The translations under genes were made by a program, and so were the position numbers. A DNA stretch of 63,883 nt, counting the filler, from Octopus bimaculoides (Eukaryota), in assembly GCF_001194135.2 (NCBI RefSeq). It is 8 parts of 7 records of this genome, joined end to end, with 100 filler letters (N's around TTAATTAATTAA, not from the genome) between each part and the next. Parts side by side here need not be neighbours in the genome. Positions count along the whole stretch, not along the records: positions 49,110 to 56,452 come from NC_068988.1; positions 56,553 to 59,859 come from NC_068993.1; positions 59,960 to 62,136 come from NW_026439496.1; positions 62,237 to 63,883 come from NC_069000.1; 4 more parts are not named here. One strand, given 5' to 3'. Shown here in pieces: positions 51,076-63,883 of the stretch. A model generated the notes under the pieces. The model worked only from the letters and a program-made list of their open reading frames with translations, was not told where the DNA came from and did no database searches. Positions within the stretch are counted from its first letter, which is position 1, and each line of letters begins with the position of its first letter.

Positions 51076-54000
51076 GCGTTCATTTCCATGCTATGTATGT
51101 ATGCATTTTACATTTATACAAATATACGCATTTATATATATGCATATTTACAAGTATGTGTGAATGTGAACCCCCTGATTGTTCGGCACAATTTCTGTGT
51201 CACTTCTCAGCGAGTGCTGTTCTTTCATAGAAAAAAAAAACAGCACATAATTATGCGTGCATATGTATGTACGAATGCTTTTATGTATGCATTTGGATTA
51301 ATTAGAATTTAACAGTTAATGTCTATTATATACAGTTTTATGTACAATTATTTTCTGATCAATGTTTACAAATTATAAATGGAAAACAGAATTAACCCCC
51401 GGAAGCAAATTGAAGTACATGCTTTCTGTTGAATTTTAAAACATGAAATCCTGCATTGAACACATTCGAAACAAATAACAAATCAATGATAATATCTGAC
51501 AGAATTATATAATATTTTGAACAAAATGAATGCTGATAGAAGCGCAAACGATGATCCAAATTACTTCGGAAATACAGGTCCAGCAATAAATGTAGTAGAA
51601 CTATACAAACATTGCAAATTCTGCTGATTGTTTGAAATATTTATTACCTGTCTGATTTATCAGGTATTTTCCAATATACTGAAAATATTTGGATATGAAC
51701 GTTATTGGATATTTTTTCTCAAATGTCACTGAAACCACATGTCACCTGACAATTTTAATTTCAAGAAATATATTGTGTATTTTTGTACTGACAATTATAA
51801 ACAAACTGTTGAGTTCCTTGCTCTCATGAAACTACTAATTTACTAGAGATCACTTCCTAATATAATAGTTGTTAAATATCTGTTCCTCGTAAGACAAAAT
51901 GGTTTAGGTCTATGTTGGAGCGCAGAGATCTAACAATTCTATGTAAATCTAATTTTGCTTAACTTGCAGACCATTGATGCTATAGGCTACAATACTTTCG
52001 TCTGTGATCTACAGTGCTGTTAAGATGTCTACCGTGAAAAAATATTAAGTAACCGCTCATTTACGACCTTGAAAATGAGCATAAAATATGATGAAACGCA
52101 AATTTTGTGGGGGCGATATTCACTTACGTGAATATCTTGTAATGAAGAAAAACCGGTGAAGAAGTCCAGTTATCGTTCAAGTGATGTTTAGAGGCAAATA
52201 TGCAGCATAACTTTGCAAGATATATTTTACTGAGAATTCGTATGAATTATATTGTCAATAGATACCCGTTTATTTTCTATAAAGTTAAACACGTAGAAAG
52301 TATATAGAGGTGCTATTAAGTTAGACTTTGCCTGGGCCAATCTTTGGTCGAAACATATCTAAGTTATCTAAGTTAAAGTAATGCTGTATTGCACCACAGT
52401 ATAGAAAAAAGGTGAAAATCTTACAATATAAGCCAGAAATAAAAATTTGAAGACTTTCTATGAAAAATAGATGACAGTTGAATTATCTATTTATGCGACT
52501 TTTCAGACAGTCCATCTCATATAAAAGAACCGAAAACTATATTTCTAAAACACATATGTGGAAAAATAAATCCATCCTGAAACAAACTGAAAATGACTTC
52601 TAAGAACATCGTAGTTTCCATAATCATTCATGACGGCGCCTCATAAGTGCAGAAGTTTGACATTTTTGTACAAGATACCATGGTGATGAATGCTGCGAAC
52701 AAGCAGTCGTTCCCATTCTATACTTATAATTTCTAATTTATTTAAAAATACAATACATACTATTGACAAAGGCTGTATAACGATGAAAATTTAATGATCT
52801 TATTTGAATGATTACTTAATCTAGCAAGAAAACAACTATCATTACTTAACTGGAGAATTTTACTTATATAAGTATTAACCAGAATGACGTATGCACTCTC
52901 AGGAAAGCCTAATGTGTATATTTTTAATATAAATACGGTCTCAAACCAGCCATTTACATGACCATGAACTAGTTTAGTTGACAACATAAATGAAAGGTAA
53001 TTAACACTTCTTGAGACATCATCGTGTTTAATCGACACGTACCCTATGAGAATAAGGCATTAATAGGCGACTACAATGGCACAATACTACTGGAAGTGCA
53101 CTGATTTACAGAAATAGGGAGAGGAAAACATAGTTAGCACCGCCTATACAATAAACGTAAAATATATTATAACCTGCAATTTCCTCTCTTAGGCGTAAAT
53201 CAAAGTGCTCTTCAAATACATCAATGCAATAGGATAGTTAAAGCTGTGTAACTATTATGGGAACTTAAATATAGAACCATATCCAAATTCATGCAACGAG
53301 AAACACGCCACGGCATATTTTCTAAGGAAAGGGTCTTTGCCCCAAAAACAATCACTCTAATGTAACATCAATGTCTTAACGAAGGAAATTATATTATCAT
53401 GACAGATAAAGCAAACGGCACTCATAGAAATTATCCACTACTTTATCACAATATCTGTAGAAGCTGAGGAAAGGGTCAAATAAAAATCGTAAGCCTGAAA
53501 AATATGTATAATACATTCAATAATGTATTTTCTACAGAAAATCGGAAATATTACCTTTGCACAGTCGTACACATTCCTGCGAAACAATTTCAGCTACTGA
53601 GCACAAATCCATTGCTACTGATGCAATCACTGGTAAATTTTCCGCTACATACGATTTCAACAACACCTTTGCAGCTGGCTCTATAAAAACAGTTAACGCT
53701 CCATATCTCACAGACAAATGTATTTTCTATTGTTGCAGAAATCCTTACTATCCTCACACATTAACAGCCTACATAAATTCAGTGATATAATGCTCTTCTT
53801 GTACGCTTTCATGTCCTGTTCGAGGATATTCTCGCCAGAGGTGAATCTGATCACGGCATATTTCTGTGGGGCTTACGGTAGTTCAACAAAAACGTCGCTC
53901 ATCATTTGTACCTATTGTCTTCGTTCATCATATGCTTGAAATTGGATCCAGATTCCTTAGTCTCCTCATCCTCATCGTTTTGTTTTGCTCTTTATTTATT

Positions 54001-55342
54001 ATATCATACGAAGTTGCCTGTTTTCATGACAGAAAACTATTCTGTACTTTTTCACCGTGAATCACACCTCATTAAAGCCTTGTTCTTCCTAAAATCTGAA
54101 CATTAATGATATTCACGCGTTCAAAGAGATGTATATATATATACAACTCAATTTTGTAGGCATCTGGATGCACCTCCTATACGGTTGCTGCATAAGATTA
54201 GAATCTTCCTTTGAAATGTTTGTCTACAAGCGAATGCCAAGATAACAACTGGTACAAACCACATAGAAAACTTAATATTAAATGTAGGCTATATTTTCGT
54301 TATGGAAGTTTTAATCATCACTAGTTAGTCCGAAATGCAGGTTTCAGATTTGCAAATGAAAAAATGTTAACTTTAGTTCTATAAGCTCATAATAACCCTG
54401 AAGAAGTTCTGCACATATAGTTAGAAAATGACGACTTAGTATTTAACCAAATGCTTAGAATTTCATATCAAGTAGGGGCTAGTACTGAAACACGTATGTA
54501 GGTTTTTCACATTTTTTTAAACTTTACAACTTATAATTTATTTGTATTGGTATGTTTTTAAAAAGTTTCAACAACTTAATTCATACATATACATTATCCA
54601 TACATCCAATTTTCCATTTTTTTCTTTCAATATTAATATGTATTACTACAATAATCCCTAGCATATCGCAGTAACTATCGCATTATATGACAGTGATTAA
54701 GCAATGGTCCACAGATGAGATCCAGGGATTCTCAGTATAGAGGGCACTTAGTAGCGCTCAAAATATTCAAACTTAGATACCGAATGGGACCAATTCCACG
54801 CTGTAAAGAATGGCTATAAGAGGGACTAAATTGAGCGGATATACAGGCAATTACGCGGATAAACAAATTAAATATATTAAATAAAACAGTTTGGTTAAGC
54901 AATACGAAATATGTCTGTGTACATATGCAAAACGAGAGAACGCAAAAAACTGGAGACTTTCAGATAATGAATATTTAAGTATATATATATATATAGATAT
55001 TTATATTAATAGATCCACCTTACACGGAATACAAACGACAGAGTACAAACGATTTCATTTTTTAATGTCTCTGCGTCAAGATCTGAAATGTAAGATCGTT
55101 TCTACCTTGATGATGAAGGCACGTCTTCTTCAATGTGTATTACAGCTATTATGACCGCATATTGTGATGAACTACATCTACCAACATTATGATGTACTCC
55201 GAGCCCTCAGAAACAGTAATTGGACTTTATTCCACACTCTCGTTTTGCATGTGTACGTATGTACATATTTTGATTTGCATACCCAAACTGTTATATTTAA
55301 TATATCTAAGTTGTTTGTCTATATATATATATATATATATAT

Positions 55343-55833
55343 ATTAGACGAAATGAGCTAACGAAGCCAAGGCTGTGAAGAGTTTTCAGGACATTTATAT
55401 GGAAAAAGATAGAGATATAGTCTTATAGCGGTTTCTGGGTTATTATGGATATCTCTTCATCAGAGGCGATGTGAGATGGTTAAGTAGAGGTAAATATTTG
55501 AGTTCGAAATAAGGAATCATTACGGTAAAGGAGGAGATAGGTAATATACAGGGAAAGATGGGAATGAAAGTAGAAATAAAATATAAAATATATATTTTAT
55601 CTTTACTTTCATTCTCTTATTTCCTTCATTATTCCTTATTTCTTCCTTTTCCATAATGATTCCTTATTTCGAAGTCAAATATTTACCTCTATTTAACCAT
55701 CTCACATCACTTCTGATGAAAGGATATCCATAATATCCCAGAAACAGCTATTAGACTATATCTCTATCTTTTCCCATATAAATGTCCTGAAAATTCCTCA
55801 CAGCCTTGGCTTTGCTATCTCATTTTATCTAAT
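55343..55833. mobile_element. ~490-bp foldback palindrome (MITE-like)
   Basis: 55343-~55590 is an imperfect reverse complement of ~55592-55833, e.g. AAGCCAAGGCTGTGA/TCACAGCCTTGGCTT, TTCAGGACATTTATATGG/CCATATAAATGTCCTGAA and TTCGAAATAAGGAATCATTA/TAATGATTCCTTATTTCGAA. Confidence 0.9.
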
Positions 55834-55919
55834 ACACACACACACACACGCACACGCACACATACACACACACATACACACACACACACATACATATATA
55901 TATACATATATATAGAGAG

Positions 55920-55980
<61 letters not shown>

Positions 55981-56016
55981 CACTCCTATATAGACACAAA
56001 TACACACATACACATA

Positions 56017-56213
56017 TCAAAATTGTACAAAAAAAGAGCAAAAGGCAGAAACAGGTGAGGGATTAACAATGATGGTGTATTAGTTTCACACTGAGGAGAA
56101 ATGGAAGAGTCTTTGACGTTTCGAGCCTTTGCTCCTCTACAAAATAGAAAGAGGAGAGGATACGGATAGAAGAATGAAAAGGACAGAACGGAGAGAAAAG
56201 TATCGTGGCCGCA
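56017..56213 (-). mobile_element. Family E variant (decayed hammerhead core)
   Basis: Minus strand TTGTAGAG-GAGC/AAAG/GCTC-GAAA-CG-TC-AAAGA, followed by ACTAATACA..CACCTGT. Confidence 0.65.
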
Positions 56214-57613
56214 NNNNNNNNNNCACTCTCACCTGTTTCTTAGCAGGCTACTATTTCCCAATGCCCAGACATGTTTTCACAGCAGATTGCCAATTGTGTG
56301 TGTGTGTGCGCATGAGCGTGTGTATGTGTGTGTCTGTATCTATACATATGTCTCGATATATATATATACTAGCATGTGTGCACATGCGTGTATGTGTACA
56401 TGTGTATGTGTATACATGCGCGTGTGGTTATGTATACATATATATATATATANNNNNNNNNNNNNNNNNNNNNNNNNNNNNNNNNNNNNNNNNNNNTTAA
56501 TTAATTAANNNNNNNNNNNNNNNNNNNNNNNNNNNNNNNNNNNNNNNNNNNNTAAATATATATATATAAGCACGCTTGCGTTTGCACATATGTGTGTGTA
56601 TTTAATGAGAATTTATTTTCTGGTTTAGAATTATTTGAAAATATGCGTTGCTATTTTAGTTAGAATTTTTTTTTAATATTAATAATAAAACTAGCGATTC
56701 CGTTGTGATTTGCTTCGTGTTCGACGCGCTAATTGTTAAAACATTCCCATGTTCTTCAATTGTCTATTTAGATTTCGAATATCAGCTGAATGTTTGAAAG
56801 AAACATCATTTTAGCTTTATTAATTTGTTTTTGCCCTTTATCCTCGATTAGTCTTTTGAGTGTTCCGGTGTCAAATAATTTGCAGGGAAATGAAGTTCCG
56901 GTATTTGTCATTAATCTTATATACATTGTTTGATTATTCGAAAAACAAAAGTGAGAAGCTTGCAAATCATGGATCATGCGTTTATATTCTGCATTATAAG
57001 CTATTTGGAATTGAAGGAAGATTTCTTTCCTTCTAATCGGTAAAACACGATTCTGCTTGCAATGGCCTTCATTGAATTTGATAATTTCTATAATAATTTG
57101 TCAACGATGCAATATCAAATATAGAATCTATTAAACGGTTGGCATAAACTGAAAAACAAAATATTGATAAAAACATTAATGATTTTATTATTGTTGATTG
57201 TAATGATAATGAAAAAGATGGATAGCTGTGTAATACAGATTTAACTTCCCATAAAATATAATTGAGTATTTTGTCACACATCACCAGTAAATACAAATAG
57301 ATATAAAGAGATATATATGCGAGGTGAATTTAAATGAGCATTTCGTAAGCATCAGCAAAAATTTCAGTTTTATTTCATTTTTCATTCTAAATACTCTGGG
57401 CATACAGAAATTTTGCATAACCGTCATCTTCACTTCTGGAATTAATCGCTTATCTACTTAAGTTTATCAAACATCCATTTTTAAAACTTAACGCTATTTC
57501 ATTGTTTATTTCATTATTTTTCAGGCAAGAAACAACGCTAACCTAACATTTTTCACAAAACGCATCAAATGAGTGAAACAGAAATAAAATATAAAATTCG
57601 TTTAACACAAGTA

Positions 57614-58290
57614 TTGGGTTGGCAACTAAGTCACGGCCAATTTTTAAAATGTTGGTATTTATTGCGTTTTTAAATTTTGGAATCTATTTTTTTTCCCGAG
57701 AATACTATTTTGGAATCTATTTCGTAGTTTTTTCTAGTTAATTTTAGTTAATTTTTGTTTATTTTCAAATCATTAAAATGAATAGTTAAGTTAAGAAATA
57801 CGAGCATTTTCGACATCTCCTTTTTTGCTTTTAATGAAGGTTCTAAGGCCGCAAAAGCTGCTCGCGACATTTGTGATGTGTATGGAGAGGGTTCCATAGC
57901 TGAATGAACCGCTGGTGATTGGTATGCCAAGTTCAAATATGGAAATTTTGACCTCAACGACGCACCTCGTTCTTACTGTCCAGTTGAGTTCAATGAAGAT
58001 CGATTAAACCAACTTTTGCACGAAAACACTTATCAAAAGACAAGGGGACTGGCAGAGAAAATGGAATGCTCCCATGCTGCTAAAGAGAAGCATCTTCACT
58101 CTATGGGAAGGTTCAGAAGTATGGAGCATGGGTTCCACATGCTTTAAGTGACAACAACAAAAATCAACGAGCCACACTCTCCGCTGGTTTGTTTGCTGGT
58201 CACCGATCAGCTCATGGACAGAAGCAACGATTTCTTTAACGAATCGTTACTGGCGACGAAAAATGGTGCCTGTACATCAATATGAATTAG
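57614..58290 (+). mobile_element. Mariner transposon 5' half (mellifera-subfamily-like), pseudogenised
   Basis: TA followed by TIR TTGGGTTGGCAACTAAGT. Transposase from ATG 57778 reads EHFRHLL..AARDICDVYGE..WYAKFK.GNFDL.DAPRS..GAWVPHAL..RIVTGDEKWCLY (WVPHxL motif and first catalytic Asp), with stops and frameshifts. Confidence 0.92.
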
Positions 58291-58460
58291 CGTAAGTGCT
58301 GCCACACTCGTCGTATATTTTTTGATTTGGCCTTAACGGAGTTCCACCTCTTTTGATCTGTTTCAAATACTGTGTTCTGTACAAAACAACATGCATTGCA
58401 CGCTTTCAGAAAATATGGTCTCCGCTGTGTTTAGATCGTCTTAATAATAAAATATATACG

Positions 58461-58610
58461 TAGGTGTGGCTGTGTGTTAAGAATGTTGATTCCCAACCAC
58501 ATAAATATGGATTCAGTCCCACTACGTGGCATTTTGAGAACGTGTCTTCTAGTATAGCTTCGGGCCGACCAAAGCAATGTGAGGAAATTTGGTATATGGA
58601 AAATCCGTCA

Positions 58611-58612
<2 letters not shown>
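58461..58612 (+). mobile_element. SINE family B head
   Basis: GTGTGGCTGTGTGTTAAG..GGATTCAGTCCCACTACGTGGCATTTTGAG..GGGCCGACCAAAGC. Confidence 0.8.
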
Positions 58613-58647
<35 letters not shown>

Positions 58648-59772
58648 NNNNNNNNNNNNNNNNNNNNNNNNNNNNNNNNNNNNNNNNNNNNNNNNNNNNN
58701 NNNNNNNNNNNNNNNNNNNNNNNNNNNNNNNNNNNNNNNNNNNNNNNNNNNNNNNNNNNNNNNNNNNNNNNNNNNNNNNNNNNNNNNNNNNNNNNNNNNN
58801 NNNNNNNNNNNNNNNNNNNNNNNNNNNNNNNNNNNNNNNNNNNNNNNNNNNNNNNNNNNNNNNNNNNNNNNNNNNNNNNNNNNNNNNNNNNNNNNNNNNN
58901 NNNNNNNNNNNNNNNNNNNNNNNNNNNNNNNNNNNNNNNNNNNNNNNNNNNNNNNNNNNNNNNNNNNNNNNNNNNNNNNNNNNNNNNNNNNNNNNNNNNN
59001 NNNNNNNNNNNNNNNNNNNNNNNNNNNNNNNNNNNNNNNNNNNNNNNNNNNNNNNNNNNNNNNNNNNNNNNNNNNNNNNNNNNNNNNNNNNNNNNNNNNN
59101 NNATATATATACATATATATGTATATATATACTGACGTCGACTCATTCTACTAAAGATTCCTCAAGATTATCCAAATTATCCTATCTGTTGGCCTCAACA
59201 AGTTCACAATATCAGTAATCTGAGAAAGATTTAGTGCAAGCTTTATCATAACCAGTGGCTCCCATTGGCGCAACATATATCAGAAGTCAACACATTTGGG
59301 AGTATAATGCGTGTAACATCAATCAGTCATCATATATATGAAAAAAATTCGCCTCATTGGTGAAATCAAATTGTTTAAAACAGGAATCCTAATAAAATCC
59401 AGTTTTCCATGCACTAAATCAATCATGTTGAGATAAACATATCTCTGTATATTTTCCTTTCATTTACTAAGAATTTGTAATATATATATAATGTTTTTAT
59501 GAAGAATATAACAGCGTTTACGCTATTTATCATCTTAAGAATACAGTCCCTATGTAGTACCCTGCTTCCAAAAGTTATACTATAACAAATATACGTTCGA
59601 ATCTTATATTAATCAACAAATGATAGTTAAACACGAATATATATATATATACACATACATTCCCATAGATGCACGTAGGACTTGTGCTTAGAAAGATATA
59701 AAGACATATAACAAAGATTCATTGAATTATTATTATACATGTGAATAGCAGTATGTGTGAAGTATATATGTA

Positions 59773-59835
<63 letters not shown>

Positions 59836-59981
59836 ATATATATATATATATATATATATNNNNNNNNNNNNNNNNNNNNNNNNNNNNNNNNNNNNNNNNN
59901 NNNTTAATTAATTAANNNNNNNNNNNNNNNNNNNNNNNNNNNNNNNNNNNNNNNNNNNNATATATATATATATATATATAT

Positions 59982-60560
59982 GGGAAGAATTCACAAAAAA
60001 GCAAAAGACAAAGACAGGTGGTGTAGTAAACAAACAGATGTATTAGTATAATGCTTGGGAAGTGAAAAAGTCTTTAACATTTCGAGCCTACGGTTTTCCA
60101 CGGAAAGGAACATAGAAAGAAACAAGGGGAACAAAAAAAAGAATGTGTAGTAGCTAGCGATCTATCATGGCGAATACCGGACAGAAGGGTCACACAGGAG
60201 AGCTAGGAAGAAGAGGAGGTAATAAAGTAGTAGTAGTAGTGATCCCAAAACGAAGGTGCATGTGTATAAGAGAGTTCGTATGTGTGTATGGAAGAGGGTT
60301 GATGATCTTGACGTGTGCGTGGGTGTATGTGTAGGTGTGAAAATGTGGGCTGGGAATTGGTCACTGCTGGTGTGTGCGTGGTGTGTTGTGATGGGATATG
60401 GTGTAGTGGTGTGGTGTAATGGTGTTGGGAGGTGGGGGAGGTGAGAGTGGGGAAAGCAAAGATTGGGTGTTGTTTTGGTTGAGGGTGGGGTATGTAGGAG
60501 TGTGTGTAAGGGATGGGGTGGGGTGTGGCTTAATTTTTATGTGTTGGAAATAATTTTATA
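59982..60560 (-). mobile_element. Family E, longest copy (hammerhead-like motif at 60070-60108)
   Basis: Minus strand CCTTT-CCGTGGA-A-AACC/GTAG/GCTC-GAAA-TG-TT-AAAGA, ending TTCTTCCC-(AT)n. The upstream C/A-rich low-complexity extension has an uncertain boundary. Confidence 0.65.
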
Positions 60561-60607
60561 CTTAAGGTGATATCAATGTCTCTGACATTTCTATCTTTTA
60601 CTTTCAG

Positions 60608-60770
60608 CTGTCAACCTCAAGCTGTGACAATCTTAATATCCCTGGGCAGCGATGTGAACAGGACTAACAATAATAGGGAAACTCCTCTCCATGATGCTGT
60701 GAAGTGGGCAGAGGAACGTAAAGATGTGGTGGCAGCGTTATTACAAACAAAAGGAAATAGCACCATTGAG
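60608..60770 (+). CDS. Internal coding exon of an ankyrin-repeat protein gene
   Basis: Acceptor ttttactttcAG, donor GAG|GTTAGT, 163 nt (phase 2 to 0). Encodes CQPQAVTILISLGSDVNRTNNNRETPLHDAVKWAEERKDVVAALLQTKGNSTIE, with the ankyrin consensus G.DVN..(N/D)..(G)ETPLH.A..V..LL. Confidence 0.85.
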
Positions 60771-62237
60771 GTTAGTGACTATATCTGTGAGGCATGCAGT
60801 GACTGACAACAGAATGTTATAGTGGAGTCTACTGCTTGTCTGACAATAAATGCCAAGCTTGCAAATAAAAGTGTTAGGAGGTCATGGCCATTTGCATGGT
60901 AATTGCATTTTATTGGTTAATTTTCAATCTTCAGCCAATGAGCGATAGTTTGGCATGGAGCTGTCTTCGTGTGTGCTTATTCTGTTGTATGTGCCAAAGT
61001 GGAAGACGAGGCTAATGGATGTACGTCTGTGTGTGTATGCATACTTGTTCTTGTGTGTGCGAGCGTGTTCTGTTTTTATATATTTAGTTATGTGGATATA
61101 ACAAAAACAATGTTGTTGCATTTTATACTTGAGAAAATCCTTGTATATTTGTTCTTACTGGTTTCATGTGCGAATGTGTAATCCATAAATTTCCAAGAAG
61201 GAAATAAGATCAATGTTGGAAAAGTCGTATTAGTTATAATAGTCCGTGTGGTTTTGTTTTGTTTTTTCTAACCATCAAAGAGTTGTAATATTGCAACATG
61301 CATCAAAGACCATATTGCAACATGCGTGGAGAAAAGGAAGAAATGTAAATTAATTCTTACTTTTGATTAAAGGAAATGAGAATGAAAGAAATATGACATT
61401 GATTTCCATTAATTTTAAAACTAAATTAAACAAGATCTGTGGGACTATACAAGAACACGCTTACACACACACACACACACACACATTCACACAGATGTAC
61501 ACCCATTAGCTGCCACACCATTGGGAGAAATATGGTACATATATAAAATATTATAAGCGTTGCTTTAAAAAATATGAGACTAGAATTGTAAAATGCTGAA
61601 AAGGGTTGCAGAATGTCATAATAAACCTTAAAAAATATGGGACTAGCATTGTTGCTCAAAAGATATTAGAATCATTATATGTTGTATATTCTGTAGCATC
61701 CTTTTATCACAAGAAATTTTAGTTCATCAAAATTGTTATATTAAAAATTAATTAGGTTAAATTATTGTGAACTCAGTTTTAACAAAACAATTGTGTACAA
61801 ATACTAATATTATCTTTATGCAATAATTCAATCTAGGAATGATAATTTTTACAAATTTGCATATAATCAATCAAAAGTAATTTAGTAATAATTTGTTTAA
61901 TTCGCATAAAGATTCCATTAATGCGAATTATCTTTGCTTATAGTTATTTCGGTTTCATAATTTTGCTGTTATATAGATTCGACTTCATCATGAATCCAGT
62001 TTTTTTATTATCATGGTAATTTGCATGCAGTGTCAAATATGTTATATATGTATGTATATATATGTGTGTGTGTGTATACATAAAATTTGTTCATGTATAA
62101 TTAATGTGTATATATATATATATATATATACACATTNNNNNNNNNNNNNNNNNNNNNNNNNNNNNNNNNNNNNNNNNNNNTTAATTAATTAANNNNNNNN
62201 NNNNNNNNNNNNNNNNNNNNNNNNNNNNNNNNNNNNG

Positions 62238-62812
62238 TTCGGCTTGTTCCTGTTCTCCTTTGTAGGTTGTTATCAGTTGTTGTAGGGGTATTTTTATAGC
62301 CCGCTGTATGCCATTTTCTATGAGTAGAGACGGGTATTTTTGTTTGAGCAAAAATTCCCTCAGTTCTGTAAGGCGTTTGTTCCTGATATTTACATCTTCT
62401 ACAATGGTATAAATTCTTCTGACTAGGCAGTATGGGTTGTTGCGTTTTGTATGTGGTGGATGGCACAATTAAAATTCAAGTTATTGATGTGTGTCCGTGT
62501 GTTTGTAGTATATATCTGTGGTAAAGATGGTGTCCTTTTTAATTACCATTATATCTAGGAATGGTAATTTGGCACTACTCATCTCCTTTGTAAGTTGGAG
62601 AGATGGGTGTAAGTTGTTCAGGAGGATATTGAACTCTTCCAGAGTATTTAGAGATTCTGTCCAGATTATGAAACAATCGTCAAGGTATCTCTTCCTTGCT
62701 TTTTCGATATCATTTTAAAACCAGTGCTATAGTTTTCCTCTACTTCTTCGTAGAGTTGTTGTTCTAAGTATTCCATTACACAGTTTGCGTAAACAGGAGC
62801 AAACCTCGTTCC
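62238..62812 (-). mobile_element. Penelope-like retroelement RT fragment
   Basis: GTRFAPVYAN, RYLDDCFIIW, LNNLHPSLQLT, LPFLDIMV, TDIYYKHTDTHQ, HPPHTKRNNPY..RRI..RLTELREFLLKQKYP. Confidence 0.9.
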
Positions 62813-63034
62813 ATTATATATATATAACAAATTAAGGAAGGAATTCCTTCAAAGCGGTGTGTAAAATACCCAGTTCACTGGTACGTTAGTTGAATGCTAC
62901 ATAAATAGAGGTATAATGCAATTCACAGATAATAAATTAAATAGAGATTCAATTGACAATCTAATAATTTATTTATATTATAACTTAATATATTATGAAT
63001 ATAATATAATATAGGATAACGTAAAAAAGTTATT

Positions 63035-63125
63035 AAAAAACCAACAATTTGTTTCGACTTATATACATTATTTAATTTATAAACAGTTCATATCCATTTA
63101 TATAAGTTTCTTCAGAACTTTGGTT
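63035..63125 (-). ncRNA. Hammerhead ribozyme-like motif upstream of the PLE fragment
   Basis: Minus strand CTGAAGA (63115-63109), 9-bp stem II ACTTATATA/TATATAAGT, C-GAAA (63055-52), stem III AC-AAATT-GT, then T. Stem I is weak. Confidence 0.5.
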
Positions 63126-63522
63126 TAAAAGACAAAGGAAATTTCGTGTGAAGGGACGGCTGGATTGTAAAAAAAATAAATTCAGATACCTATGTATGTG
63201 TATATATGTATGTATATATAGTGTATGTGTACATATATACGTACTTATGTATGTACATATATATGTGTATATATATATATGTATATATATTTATATATGT
63301 ACATGTGCATGTGTATATAGTGTATGTATATATATGTATATATATGTATATATATATATGTACTTATATATACATATGTGGACATGAATGGATATCAATT
63401 GTTTATAAATCAGATAATATATATAAGACGAAACAAATTTTGGGCTTTTGGGGTTTTTAATAATTTCTTTGTTATATTATATTCATAGTATATTGTGTTG
63501 TATAAATAAATTATTAGATTGT

Positions 63523-63557
<35 letters not shown>

Positions 63558-63883
63558 CTGCAGCAGTTATCTTCTATTAGTTATCAACCACGCTACTCAC
63601 CGTGGTCCCCTATCACGGGGTTCTGCCCCTGCACGGATATTTTTTCTCCAAAATAAACAACAAAAACACTAAAAAACGTTGCCCGGGCGTAGACATACCA
63701 AATAAAGAAATGCAAGGCGATAAAACAAATACGTAGTTCTTCTGCATTTTATTTTCATCTAAATTAAGTACGATGACAAAATACTTGTCACTACAATGCA
63801 AGGACAAATTTGAAATTGAAATCGTGCAATGCAGCGGTTCACATGAATATAAAGGTACATACGTACATACATACATACATACA

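Noticed and set aside
53557-54060. Cluster of short ORFs and possible AG/GT pairs in unique sequence
   Set aside because: No recognisable domain, the implied introns would be implausibly short (~20-40 nt), and no consistent reading frame emerges.
55713-55746. CTGATGA...GAAAC inside the palindrome, superficially a hammerhead core
   Set aside because: The hairpin is not closed adjacent to the core boxes and no stem I/III or UH site can be drawn.
57526-57572. TTTTTTCAG-ARNNANLT, resembling an ankyrin exon start
   Set aside because: The frame lacks the TPLH motif and reaches a stop within 16 codons. It lies in TE-like sequence beside the mariner.

Overview
This is repeat-dense, gap-rich animal genomic DNA. 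It is AT-rich, carries many (TA)n, (TG)n, (GATA)n and (TAA)n microsatellites, and has N-gaps containing TTAATTAATTAA filler. The SINE repertoire and microsatellite load suggest an octopus (coleoid cephalopod) draft scaffold, which is my inference. Almost all ORF-track entries are microsatellite or gap artefacts. The only convincing host coding sequence is one ankyrin-repeat exon (60608-60770, +), so most of the window is probably intronic or intergenic. Transposon relics dominate: Penelope-like RT fragments, six R4/Dong-type LINE fragments mostly tied to (TAA)n tracts, a CR1/L2-group LINE 3' kb, an RTE fragment, a mellifera-type mariner, MITEs and foldbacks, mini-Helitrons, and at least four tRNA-derived SINE families. 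The most notable unannotated signal is a set of minimal type-I hammerhead-ribozyme-like motifs. Five belong to one small element family that ends at (TA)n tracts, and three more are unrelated motifs. Other highlights are a LINE 3' UTR matching the tail of the most abundant SINE, an R4/Dong fragment inserted inside a SINE, and a ~490-bp palindrome. There is no evidence for CRISPR arrays, rRNA or intact tRNA genes.
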